From assembly GCA_050173015.1 (NCBI GenBank), contig JBFXLE010000002.1, positions 192,001-256,000 of the forward strand: 64,000 nt of DNA, read 5' to 3'. The notes beneath the pieces were generated by a model. It did no database searches and was not told the origin of the DNA. It saw nothing but the letters and a program-made list of their open reading frames with translations. This DNA is from Calditrichaceae bacterium. Lineage in GTDB: Bacteria > Calditrichota > Calditrichia > Calditrichales > JBFXGD01. How positions within the stretch are numbered: position 1 is the first letter of the stretch; each line of letters opens with the position of its first letter. Positions 38,230-47,603 of this stretch are shown here, piece after piece. A program made the position numbers and the translations under genes.

Positions 38230-40302
38230 TTGAAATCATTTTCAGTAAAATATTTGTTAATTCTTCTTCTGGCGGTAATGACTGGTTGCGCATACTATAA
38301 TACTTTTTTTAATGCTAAACAGAACTTTAAAGCCGCGCAGGTTAAGCAACAAAAAGTAAAATCGGGCCAGGACTTGCCCGCAGATATAAAAAATCACTAC
38401 AACAAAACCATTGACAAATGCTGGAAATTGATTAACTCCTACGGCGACAGCAGTAAATACGCTGATGACGCTCTTTTGTTGATCGGAAAATCACATTTTC
38501 TGCTGACGGAATATGATCAGGCTGAACATATCTTCAAACAATTCCTTTTAAAATATAAAAACAGCCCGTTTACACCTGAAGCTAAGTTATGGATGTCAAA
38601 AACATATATAAACACCGGTAATGACACGGAAGCGCTAAATACACTCAACGAGCTTCTTAAGAGCAAGGTATCGAAGAATATCGCGGCAGAAGCGTTGTAT
38701 AATTTGGGCGAGCTTTATTTTAAAGAAAAAAATTATAAACTTGCGATCGAAAATCTGGAAAAATGTATTGAGGTCACTTCAGATAATGAAATAGCGGGTT
38801 ATGCGCAGTTGTTGATAGCGGAATCATTTTTTAAATCCGGTGAATTCGATAACGCTATTTTCAATTATGATAAGATAAAAAAATATGATGTGCCCGCGCT
38901 TAAGGAATACGAAGCGCTTATACAAAAAGTAAATGCACTGAATGAATTGGAAAAATTTCAGGAATCTGAAATGACCCTAAAAGCGATGCTCAGGAACCAG
39001 CGGTTTAAAGAACAATATTCTCAAATCGAAACACGGTTGGCAAATACCTATGAATACGAAGGTGATGTGGACTTTGCCAGAAACGCGTATGAGGATGTTC
39101 TGAAAAAATATCCCCGCAGCGAAGGGGCGGCGATGGCGTCTTTTTATCTTGGTCAACTTTATGAGTTTGAATATGGAAATTATGACAGCGCAAAAGTCAA
39201 ATATGATGGTGTAAGAACGCAGTTTCAAAATTCCGAAGCGCATAAAGAAGCATCGTCCAGGTCAGCTCTTCTCGCGGAATATATTAAAATAAGAGACCAG
39301 TTGATAAAAGACAGAAGAGATCTTTACAGCCTGGAAGTGGGTGACTCTGTTTTGATAGACAGTGTAGAAACAAGCCGTGACACAATTGATGTGAAAGTCG
39401 CGATTAAAGACACAACAAAACAAATTCAGGAATTTGAGACTCAAAAAAAGGTAGTTTCTAAAAAAGTTGCCGTTTCCAGATCACCGGAAGAAGTCGAAAA
39501 GAGTCATCTCCGCAATAGTTTTGCCCTTGGTGAATACTTTCTCCTAAAATATCAGCATGGTGACAGCGCCGCGAGCGCTTACGAAAGATTTGTTAAAACT
39601 TTTGAAGACAGTCTTCTGACCCCAAAAGCGCATTTTGCCTTATATTATATCTATAATGATTTGGAGAAGGACAGTGTAAAAGCAGATTCCGTTAAACAGT
39701 TTATCCTTTTCCACTACCGTGACAGTGTTTATGGGAAAAAGCTGGCGGGAGAAATGGAAAAAATACCGCAACCCGGAGAAACCGGAAACGACAAAAAAGT
39801 CATGGCGCTTTACGCTCAGGCGGAAGAGTTTATTTCAAAAAAACAGTACACGGAAGCTCTGGGATTGCTTGAGCGAATTGTTAAATCCGAAAATACGGAA
39901 GAATGGACTGTGAAATCCATTTACGCAAGGGCCTATATCTATGAAAATTATCTGAAGAATATTCCAATGGCCATCGAACAATACTCATTGCTGGCCAATG
40001 ATTATCCGGACAGCAAGTATACAAAAATAGCAAAACTTAAAATTAAAGAACCGGTTATAGAAAAAGCGGTGCCTGAATCTGAACCTTCGAAACCGGAAAA
40101 TGCCGCTCAAGACCTTGATGAAGAAAAAATCCCGGAAAAGGATTTCCGGAATGAACCCGGGAATAAATCGGTGATGGATGAGAAAAATTTGTTGAAAAAC
40201 AAATTAAGAAGAGATGCAGAAATGGAGAAGTCTGTTAATCAGCCCATTCCCGCAGCAAGTGATTCATCTGACAAGAATTTAAAACAGATATTTGATAAAT
40301 AG
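38230..40302 (+). CDS. TPR-repeat lipoprotein
   Basis: Lipobox MTGC followed by AYYNTFFNA; many TPRs; charged low-complexity C-terminal tail. Confidence 0.8.
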   Translation: MKSFSVKYLLILLLAVMTGCAYYNTFFNAKQNFKAAQVKQQKVKSGQDLPADIKNHYNKTIDKCWKLINSYGDSSKYADDALLLIGKSHFLLTEYDQAEHIFKQFLLKYKNSPFTPEAKLWMSKTYINTGNDTEALNTLNELLKSKVSKNIAAEALYNLGELYFKEKNYKLAIENLEKCIEVTSDNEIAGYAQLLIAESFFKSGEFDNAIFNYDKIKKYDVPALKEYEALIQKVNALNELEKFQESEMTLKAMLRNQRFKEQYSQIETRLANTYEYEGDVDFARNAYEDVLKKYPRSEGAAMASFYLGQLYEFEYGNYDSAKVKYDGVRTQFQNSEAHKEASSRSALLAEYIKIRDQLIKDRRDLYSLEVGDSVLIDSVETSRDTIDVKVAIKDTTKQIQEFETQKKVVSKKVAVSRSPEEVEKSHLRNSFALGEYFLLKYQHGDSAASAYERFVKTFEDSLLTPKAHFALYYIYNDLEKDSVKADSVKQFILFHYRDSVYGKKLAGEMEKIPQPGETGNDKKVMALYAQAEEFISKKQYTEALGLLERIVKSENTEEWTVKSIYARAYIYENYLKNIPMAIEQYSLLANDYPDSKYTKIAKLKIKEPVIEKAVPESEPSKPENAAQDLDEEKIPEKDFRNEPGNKSVMDEKNLLKNKLRRDAEMEKSVNQPIPAASDSSDKNLKQIFDK

Positions 40303-40304
40303 GA

Positions 40305-40751
40305 ATGGTTGATTTTATGCGAAAAAAAAATATATCAAACATTTTAATATATTTTTTCGTGTTTTTGTTTTATCTTAGCGGATGCAGTTCAGATCGCAGA
40401 TTCAGCAGAGGAACTGCTTATCAAAGTGATGCATTTTCACCCACACAGTCAATAACAGGGATTAGTTCATATTACGGAAAGAAATTTCATGGTAGGCTTA
40501 CCGCAAACGGTGAAGTGTTTGATATGTATAAATTGACGGCAGCCCATAAATCGCTGCCATTTGATACCGTACTCGAAGTGGAGAATTTATCTAACGGAAA
40601 GCGTGTTGTAGTTAGAATAAATGATCGCGGACCGTTCGTGAAAAATCGGATCCTCGACTTGTCGTATGCTGCTGCCAAGGAAATTGATATGATTTCCGGC
40701 GGTACAGCAAAAATCAGAGCAAAAATTATCAAACTTGGTGAGAACGACTAA
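40305..40751 (+). CDS. rlpA: septal ring lytic transglycosylase RlpA family lipoprotein
   Basis: LSGC lipobox; [34 protein letters not shown] motifs. Confidence 0.92.
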   Translation: MVDFMRKKNISNILIYFFVFLFYLSGCSSDRRFSRGTAYQSDAFSPTQSITGISSYYGKKFHGRLTANGEVFDMYKLTAAHKSLPFDTVLEVENLSNGKRVVVRINDRGPFVKNRILDLSYAAAKEIDMISGGTAKIRAKIIKLGEND

Positions 40752-40944
40752 AAAGTTTGTTCATAGCTTATAGAAAATTATTTGAAATTGGGGGAAGATC
40801 CATAATCTATTCGAAAAATATCTTAGTATTTAACAATAATTTAATACCGAATTTATGCTATTAATTTTGAATAAAATTCCATTTGCAGGATGTAACGGAT
40901 ATTCTGTTATGGTACTGCTCTAACTATATAATCTTGGAGGTGTG

Positions 40945-41271
40945 ATGGGAAATTATGTTGAACTAAATGATGAAAATTTTGAGCAGGAAGTTATTAAATC
41001 AGATACACCCGTACTTGTTGATTTTTGGGCGGAATGGTGTGCTCCGTGCCGGATGATTGCGCCAATCATTGAGGATATTTCTGTGGAATATAAAGACAAA
41101 TTAAAAGTCGGTAAACTCGATGTTGACAGTAATCCACAGGTATCTATGAATTATGGAATCCGTTCTATCCCAACCTTACTAATCTTTGTAAACGGTGTAG
41201 CGGCAGAACAGATCATTGGAGCCGTTCCGAAAAAAGTAATTCTTGAAAAATTAAATTCCTTAATAAAATAA
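40945..41271 (+). CDS. trxA: thioredoxin
   Basis: VDFWAEWCAPC and IRSIPT motifs; GGAGG SD. Confidence 0.96.
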   Translation: MGNYVELNDENFEQEVIKSDTPVLVDFWAEWCAPCRMIAPIIEDISVEYKDKLKVGKLDVDSNPQVSMNYGIRSIPTLLIFVNGVAAEQIIGAVPKKVILEKLNSLIK

Positions 41272-41338
41272 TTAATTAATGAAATTCTGAAGGAGGCGTA
41301 AATGTCTCCTTCTTTCAGTTTCTATTGAAAATAATTTT

Positions 41339-41935
41339 ATGGCTAACATTGATATATTTAACAGGGTAAGTTTTGTCAAAAGCATGGTTTCCGATTCTGA
41401 TAAGCCGGAATTGAATCTTCCGGAAATAGCATTTGTCGGACGGTCAAATGTGGGCAAATCATCTCTGCTTAACGCGGTATCTAATCAAAAGAATCTGGCA
41501 AAAACTTCATCTACACCCGGTAAAACAAGATTAATAAACTATTTTAACGTTAGCGATTTTTTTTATATGGTTGATTTGCCGGGATATGGATATGCAAAAA
41601 TTTCGAAAACTGAATATAAAAAATGGCAGGAGATGCTGGAATCTTATCTCAAGGATAATGAAAAGCTGAGATTGGTGTGTTTATTAATTGATTCCAGGCA
41701 TGAATTGTTGAAAAACGACCTGCAGATGTCCGAATGGCTTGATTATTTTGAAATTCCATACATCATTATATTGACTAAAGCAGATAAAATTTCAAAATCA
41801 AAACTAGCCGGTCAAATCAGTTCATTCAAAAAAGTATTCACTGAGCATCACATTATTCCTTTTTCAATAAAAACAAAAAGTTATAGTGATGATTTTCGTG
41901 CGCTGTTAGCCGGATTTCTGGAAGAGGGTAAATGA
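41339..41935 (+). CDS. engB: ribosome biogenesis GTPase YihA/YsxC
   Basis: GRSNVGKSS, TPGKT, DLPGYG, TKAD motifs. Confidence 0.95.
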   Translation: MANIDIFNRVSFVKSMVSDSDKPELNLPEIAFVGRSNVGKSSLLNAVSNQKNLAKTSSTPGKTRLINYFNVSDFFYMVDLPGYGYAKISKTEYKKWQEMLESYLKDNEKLRLVCLLIDSRHELLKNDLQMSEWLDYFEIPYIIILTKADKISKSKLAGQISSFKKVFTEHHIIPFSIKTKSYSDDFRALLAGFLEEGK

Positions 41936-41943
41936 TTATATTC

Positions 41944-41972
41944 TTGACAAAATAATTGAATATGATTATTTT
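41944..41972 (+). promoter_or_regulatory. sigma70-type promoter (TTGACA-N17-TATTTT)
   Basis: Perfect -35 with a 17-nt spacer, upstream of the carboxylase operon. Confidence 0.5.
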
Positions 41973-42088
41973 GAACTATCCGATTTCTTGCTTTTTACGA
42001 TACAGGAAGTTTGTTTCATCCCAAGTCTTACTTTGATATTTGATTCAATTGATCTTTTTGACAATCATCGCGCCATCAGGGAGGCAAA

Positions 42089-43774
42089 TTGGCCATTCAG
42101 CATGAAAATAACAACGATCAAATAGTGAGCTCTCTCAAAATAGATACACCTTTCGCAATTGAAAATGCGAAATTGTGGAAAAATGAAATAAATCTGATTC
42201 GGGATCAACGGTCTCAAATATCGCTCGGTGGCGGAGAGCAGAATATTGAGAAACAACATAAAAAAAATCGTCTTACCGCGCGGGAACGAATTGATTTATT
42301 GATCGACTCCGGATCAACTTTTTATGAACTCGGGCTGTTCGTAGCATTCGGCATGTATGAAGAGTGGGGAGGCGCGCCAGCGGCCGGGACCATTGCCGGA
42401 CTTGGATATGTTGAAAACAGACTCACTATGATTATTGCAAATGATGCCACGGTCAAAGCCGGTTCTTTTTTTCCGATGACCGCCAAAAAAGTGATCCGCG
42501 CGCAAACCATCGCGTATGAGAATCATTTGCCGACCATTTATCTGGTCGATTCAGCGGGAATCTTTTTACCGCTCCAGGAAGATGTGTTTCCCGATCAGGA
42601 CGATTTTGGCCGTGTTTTTTATCTCAATGCCCGAATGTCTTCAAAGGGGATTCCCCAAATTACGGCTATTATGGGTATGTGTGTTGCCGGAGGAGCCTAT
42701 TTGCCAGTCATGACGGATAAAATTTTGATGACAGAAGGAAGCGGGTTGTTTTTAGCAGGACCGGCACTGGTAAAAGCAGCGATCGGTCAGGTTATATCAG
42801 CTGAAGAGCTCGGCGGCGCGGCGATGCACTCCGAAACAAGCGGTACAATTGATTTTAAGGAAAAAGATGATCCATCCGCGATAAAACATATACGCAAGCT
42901 GGTCAAGCAGATGGGAAACTTTGATGAATCTTTCGTTAGAAAAGTCGAAAGCCGCCCTGTTAAATACCCTGTAGAACAATTACATAAAGCCATGCCACTG
43001 GACTCACTGAAAGAATATGAAATACATGAAATAATCGCGAGAATTGTGGATGCCGGCGAATTTGTTGAGTACAGAAAAGATTATGGAAAAACACTGGTTT
43101 GCGGTTATTCACATATCGGAGGTTATCCGGTGGGGATTGTGGCGAATCAGAAAAAACATGTGATGATAAAAGGGAAACCACCCCAGTTTGGCGGTGTGAT
43201 ATATACAGAAAGTGCCGAAAAAGCCGCAAGATTTATTATGGACTGCAACCAGAATAAGATTCCATTGCTTTTTATTCATGATGTTAATGGATTTATGGTG
43301 GGCAGAGACGCAGAATACAGCGGAATTATCAAAGCGGGCGCGAAGATGGTCAATGCCGTTTCGAATTCAATTGTACCTAAGATTTCGCTTATAATCGGAG
43401 GAACCTTCGGAGCTGGCAATTACGCGATGTGCGGAAAAGCCTACTCGCCAAATTTTATTTTTGCCTGGCCTACCGCGAGATATTCAGTGATGGGAGGCGC
43501 CCAGGCTGCAAATACGTTGCTTGATATTAAAGTGAGACAGCTGGAACGGGAAGGCAAGAAATTAAGTGAAGACGATAAAAGCGAATTGCTTGAATCAATC
43601 AAAGCGACATACACTGAGCAGATGGATCCCCGATATGGAGCCGCGCGTCTTTGGATAGATGAAATAATTCTGCCCCGGGAAACACGTGATTGGTTAATTG
43701 TATCACTTGAAGCCGTAAGTAAAAATCCTGAAATTAAAAGTATGCGATTTAATCCCGGGGTCCTGCAGACATGA
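42089..43774 (+). CDS. acyl-CoA carboxylase carboxyltransferase (methylcrotonyl-CoA carboxylase beta-like)
   Basis: ANDATVKAG, CVAGGAY, LAGPALVKAA, GFMVG, GAGNYAMCG, ARLWID motifs. TTG start after a GGGAGG SD. Confidence 0.9.
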   Translation: MAIQHENNNDQIVSSLKIDTPFAIENAKLWKNEINLIRDQRSQISLGGGEQNIEKQHKKNRLTARERIDLLIDSGSTFYELGLFVAFGMYEEWGGAPAAGTIAGLGYVENRLTMIIANDATVKAGSFFPMTAKKVIRAQTIAYENHLPTIYLVDSAGIFLPLQEDVFPDQDDFGRVFYLNARMSSKGIPQITAIMGMCVAGGAYLPVMTDKILMTEGSGLFLAGPALVKAAIGQVISAEELGGAAMHSETSGTIDFKEKDDPSAIKHIRKLVKQMGNFDESFVRKVESRPVKYPVEQLHKAMPLDSLKEYEIHEIIARIVDAGEFVEYRKDYGKTLVCGYSHIGGYPVGIVANQKKHVMIKGKPPQFGGVIYTESAEKAARFIMDCNQNKIPLLFIHDVNGFMVGRDAEYSGIIKAGAKMVNAVSNSIVPKISLIIGGTFGAGNYAMCGKAYSPNFIFAWPTARYSVMGGAQAANTLLDIKVRQLEREGKKLSEDDKSELLESIKATYTEQMDPRYGAARLWIDEIILPRETRDWLIVSLEAVSKNPEIKSMRFNPGVLQT

Positions 43775-44568
43775 TGACAAGTGATTCTCACAAGTATTTA
43801 AAGTCAACAGTGGAGGATGGCAGGTTAAACATCACCTTAAATCGTCCTGAAAAGCGTAACGCGCTTAATAAAATACTTGTGGATGAACTAAAAAGCGTTC
43901 TAAAATGGTCACTTTCCGTCAAAGATATACGGACCATAATCATCAGGGGGGCGGGGAAAGCATTCTGCAGCGGGGCTGATTTGGAATATTTAAAGGAATT
44001 AAAGGGTTACAGTCGGCAAGAAAATATACAGGATTCTCTTTCTTTGGCTGATTTGTATTATCAAATTTATTCTCATCCCAAACCTGTGATTGCCGCAGTC
44101 GATGGTCCTGCACTCGCCGGTGGCTGCGGACTCGCAAGTGTATGCGATTTTATAATCGCGACAGACAATGCACGCTTCGGATATCCTGAAGTAAAAATTG
44201 GATTTGTGGCCGCGCTTGTATCTGTGTTTTTGATCAGACAAGTGGGGGAGCGCAAAGCCAGGGAATTGTTGTTGACCGGAAAAATAATTTCAGCAAAAGA
44301 AGCTGTTGATATTGGCTTGATCAATAAACTTGTAAGTGTACCTGCTCTCGACAAGAGTATTGACGAATTGGCAGGAGAGTTAGGAATGAATTCTTCGATG
44401 GCTATAAGTACTTCCAAGCAATTATTGTCAGGCTTCACCTTTGGTGATATTGAATCTGAATTAAATAGAACGGCAAATATAAACGCTGGATTCCGTGAGA
44501 CCGAAGACTTCATTGAGGGAATCCAGGCATTCATAGAAAAACGTAAACCAAAGTGGATATTATCTTAA
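43771..44568 (+). CDS. enoyl-CoA hydratase/isomerase (methylglutaconyl-CoA hydratase-like)
   Basis: LNRPEKRNAL, FCSGADL, AGGCGL, PEVKIG, AFIEKRKP motifs. Coupled to the carboxylase beta gene. Confidence 0.88.
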   Translation: MMTSDSHKYLKSTVEDGRLNITLNRPEKRNALNKILVDELKSVLKWSLSVKDIRTIIIRGAGKAFCSGADLEYLKELKGYSRQENIQDSLSLADLYYQIYSHPKPVIAAVDGPALAGGCGLASVCDFIIATDNARFGYPEVKIGFVAALVSVFLIRQVGERKARELLLTGKIISAKEAVDIGLINKLVSVPALDKSIDELAGELGMNSSMAISTSKQLLSGFTFGDIESELNRTANINAGFRETEDFIEGIQAFIEKRKPKWILS

Positions 44569-44583
44569 AAAAGGGGGAGATGT

Positions 44584-44823
44584 ATGCTTGTTTTGACACG
44601 GAGGTTGGGTGAGGCAATCACCATTGGCGATGAAGTACGTATTATTATTGTTGATATTGATGGTAATCAGGTGAAGCTGGGAATCGAGGCTCCCCGGCAA
44701 ATTGAAATTTACCGGGAAGAACTCTATGAAAAAGTCAAAGGGATACCTTTTGAGTCTCCGGTTACCAGAAAAGGTGACGGATCCGCGATCGGAAGCAAAA
44801 ATAAATCGTCAAAAAATGATTGA
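44584..44823 (+). CDS. csrA: carbon storage regulator / translational repressor CsrA
   Basis: MLVLTRR.GE.I.IGD....I....[11 protein letters not shown]....IYREE pattern. Confidence 0.93.
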   Translation: MLVLTRRLGEAITIGDEVRIIIVDIDGNQVKLGIEAPRQIEIYREELYEKVKGIPFESPVTRKGDGSAIGSKNKSSKND

Positions 44824-45725
44824 TGTTCCCATCTGATGCGATTTTATTGTCTGTATTGACCGGAATATCTTTCGGATTTCAGGTCATACTCATAAAAATT
44901 CTTAGTCGAAAATTGCATCAGTTCGGAATACTGCAATATTTATTTTTGTGTACCGGTGTATTTATATTACTGCTCTCTATTTCCTCACCATGGCAAGAAA
45001 TTGATATTCAGAGATTTTTACCGTCACTTCTGATCAGTTTTATTATTAATATTATCGCTTTCTCACTGCTGACGAAGGCGATCATGCTTTCTCCGCTATC
45101 TCTCGTGATGCCTTTTGTCGGTCTTACTCCTTTATTTCTCGTACTCACAGCTTACATTATCCTTGGTGAAAGTATCACATTGGCGAAGTTTTCCGGTGTT
45201 CTTGGAATTGTTGTCGGTAGTTTTATTTTACAACTTCCCCAGGAATGGAAGAAAAAGAATTTATCTTTAAGATTACGGTTCATTACAGATGAAAAAGGCA
45301 TAATTTATGTGATTATGGTGGCTTTTTTATGGAGTATTTCAGCGAGCATTGAAAAAATCGCCGTCATTGCAAGCTCACCGGAAATGTATGCGACAACCAT
45401 TCATCTGGCGCTTGGTGTAGCTTATCTATTGATTTACAGACAGATAAGAAAAAAGGAGAGAGCAGGGAGCAGGCGGGAGATAAACTACGATTACTCATTA
45501 CTCTTTGTTATTGCATTACTGGTCCTTGTTAGTACTGTGTTGGCCCTGTCTCAGTTGACGGCAATTAAATATGCTTTTGTCACTTATGTCATCTCGTTCA
45601 AACGAGCAGGCATTTTGATAAGCAGTATTATCGGATTTATCTTTTTTAAGGAAAAAAATTACTTTAAAACAATCACAGGAACACTATTAATCCTGATCGG
45701 AGCATTTGTAATCACAGTCGCCTGA
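44820..45725 (+). CDS. EamA/DMT family transporter
   Basis: About 10 TM segments; [16 protein letters not shown] and FFKEK repeats. Confidence 0.8.
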   Translation: MMFPSDAILLSVLTGISFGFQVILIKILSRKLHQFGILQYLFLCTGVFILLLSISSPWQEIDIQRFLPSLLISFIINIIAFSLLTKAIMLSPLSLVMPFVGLTPLFLVLTAYIILGESITLAKFSGVLGIVVGSFILQLPQEWKKKNLSLRLRFITDEKGIIYVIMVAFLWSISASIEKIAVIASSPEMYATTIHLALGVAYLLIYRQIRKKERAGSRREINYDYSLLFVIALLVLVSTVLALSQLTAIKYAFVTYVISFKRAGILISSIIGFIFFKEKNYFKTITGTLLILIGAFVITVA

Positions 45726-45935
45726 TCAATAATATTTGTTTTTATCCTTATCGTCAAAAAACTTATCCACAAATTTTTCACTTTTTTGCTTAAAATCATC
45801 CATAAATTTATTCTTGTATTTTTTATGCATCTTCTGAAACAATTCGAATGCTTTGTCCGCGTCGTCCGGGACAAGGTCCGGATGACTTCGAAAATAAATT
45901 TTTAGATACTCTACAACAACTGAATCTTTATCCAT
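45726..45935 (-). CDS. small hypothetical protein (69 aa)
   Basis: ATG with an AAGGAG SD and its own TTGCCA-N17-TAAATT promoter (45956-45984, minus strand). Confidence 0.7.
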   Translation of the reverse strand: MDKDSVVVEYLKIYFRSHPDLVPDDADKAFELFQKMHKKYKNKFMDDFKQKSEKFVDKFFDDKDKNKYY

Positions 45936-45955
45936 AATTTTCTCCTTTTTTTAAT

Positions 45956-45984
45956 AATTTAAATAAAACAGAGCAATCTGGCAA
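45956..45984 (-). promoter_or_regulatory. promoter of the 69-aa gene (TTGCCA-N17-TAAATT)
   Basis: The minus strand reads TTGCCA GATTGCTCTGTTTTATT TAAATT. Confidence 0.55.
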
Positions 45985-46103
45985 ATAAGAATAGAAAGAA
46001 AACAGAAGGGGACAAGCGAGTAAAATGGAATTTGCAATACACCATACCCGTCAACAATGGCCCGCATAGAACCTGAACCAGAGAATTTTCAAATTAATAT
46101 GTT

Positions 46104-46131
46104 AGTTTACATAATGTATATTATATAACAT
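46104..46131. other. dif site (XerCD chromosome dimer resolution site)
   Basis: AGTTTACATAA-TGTATA-TTATATAACAT has the 11-6-11 structure. Its reverse complement ends in TTATGTAAACT (B. subtilis-type XerD arm), and the core CATAATGTATATTAT matches E. coli dif. It is intergenic, at the gene-orientation switch. Confidence 0.85.
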
Positions 46132-46269
46132 TAATATAAATACAGTCAATATGCGTGTCCTCTCGGATCCCTTACATGGTATGATGGTTTTACTCTTCCT
46201 GCCTTTTTACTATGGAGCCGATTCTCTTCATCCCTTTCCGGAATGAATTACTGAAGAAGATCAAGTCAA

Positions 46270-47502
46270 TCATAATATAATTTGCGGAAAATAAATAAAT
46301 TCAAAATAAATATAAAATAATATAACGGTAATAGCTGCTGATGAAATATTAACAGTGTCATTATTGATAAGTTTATAACCGGAGGCCAGTTTTGTTTCAG
46401 CGTCGCAATGCAACGTCTTTTCGGTGTATTTCCCGCAAATACGACAATGATACTGAGACTGGAGCGTCGCGCCGAGGAAACTGTCTAAAGTACTCCCTAT
46501 CAACCCCGAAAACACAAGTGAAAAATATAACATGAATGTGTTATTTGCTATGAATAACGCTCCGGATGATACTACAATAAGGCTGCCCAACAAGGCTCCG
46601 GTTGTTCCGGCAACGGATATCGCTCCTGAAACTCCGGGCGCGACCTCTCTGAAATTAGTAATTAAACGTGTTTTTCCATTAAATAATACGCCTATTTCCG
46701 TGGCCCAGGTGTCGGCCGTGGCGACTGCCATTGATACCATATATAACAGGTAAAATGCTTCAGATGGATAAAAATAATTTAGAATGATTATAATTCCACC
46801 AATGCCTCCGTTCGCTATCACCTGCATCTGGTCTCTGATACCGGTTTTCTCAAAGGTGTCCTCAAACCTGGTCTTGATCCCCTTCCCTATCTTACTCAAT
46901 ATGGAAGACAATACAAAAAAAGTTAGAATCGGTGCCGCCCATTTAATACCGCCAAGCCCAAAAATGCAAATGGCCAGTAAAAATGTCATCAACGCGCCGC
47001 TTATGGTAAGAAATTTTGCGTAGTAACTAAATACGATGACGATAAGAGCCAACAGTATTGCAAAAATTGTTTGTATAATCAGATTGTTATCCGCTGTCAT
47101 ATAAATACTTAATACAATAGAAATCCCTACCGGAATCCAAACGACATTCTGCTTAATCGGGGACGTTATAACAATGACTGACAGTATTAGCGCAACTATA
47201 AATAATATCAACCAAAACTTTAGATTTCCTGGAGAAGCAATTAATAAAGACAATGAAATGATTATTACAACAAATGTTATAATAAATATTAACGATGTAT
47301 TTGTGATGCTGTTCTGATATAGATATATTTTTTCTCCGAAAGTTTTCATAAAAACGTAGTGTAGAATCATCAGAAGAATAGATAAGATTGCGGTTAACCG
47401 GAAAAGTTCCGGGTCATCCTTAAGAAAAATTGCTAAAACAGCGAAGGTAAATATAAATAGCAGGATCCGGCTGTATTTGCCCTGATTAAACTTTCCTGTC
47501 AC
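46270..47502 (-). CDS. DUF92 (TMEM19-like) membrane protein
   Basis: RDQMQVIANG, ATADTWATEIG, GVSGAISVAG, DSFLGATLQ, C..CG..TE...HC and NDTVN motifs; extra N-terminal TM region. Confidence 0.85.
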   Translation of the reverse strand: MTGKFNQGKYSRILLFIFTFAVLAIFLKDDPELFRLTAILSILLMILHYVFMKTFGEKIYLYQNSITNTSLIFIITFVVIIISLSLLIASPGNLKFWLILFIVALILSVIVITSPIKQNVVWIPVGISIVLSIYMTADNNLIIQTIFAILLALIVIVFSYYAKFLTISGALMTFLLAICIFGLGGIKWAAPILTFFVLSSILSKIGKGIKTRFEDTFEKTGIRDQMQVIANGGIGGIIIILNYFYPSEAFYLLYMVSMAVATADTWATEIGVLFNGKTRLITNFREVAPGVSGAISVAGTTGALLGSLIVVSSGALFIANNTFMLYFSLVFSGLIGSTLDSFLGATLQSQYHCRICGKYTEKTLHCDAETKLASGYKLINNDTVNISSAAITVILFYIYFEFIYFPQIIL

Positions 47503-47545
47503 TTCTAAGTTTTTCTCCCTGAAAATCAGTCCTATCCTGTTAAAT

Positions 47546-47587
47546 AAAAAACCCTGATTGTTCTTTATGTACTACAATCAGGGTTTT
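47546..47587 (-). terminator. intrinsic terminator after leuS
   Basis: AAAACCCTGATTGT/ACAATCAGGGTTTT inverted repeat. Confidence 0.75.
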
Positions 47588-47603
47588 AAGCTATATCTTT
47601 TCA

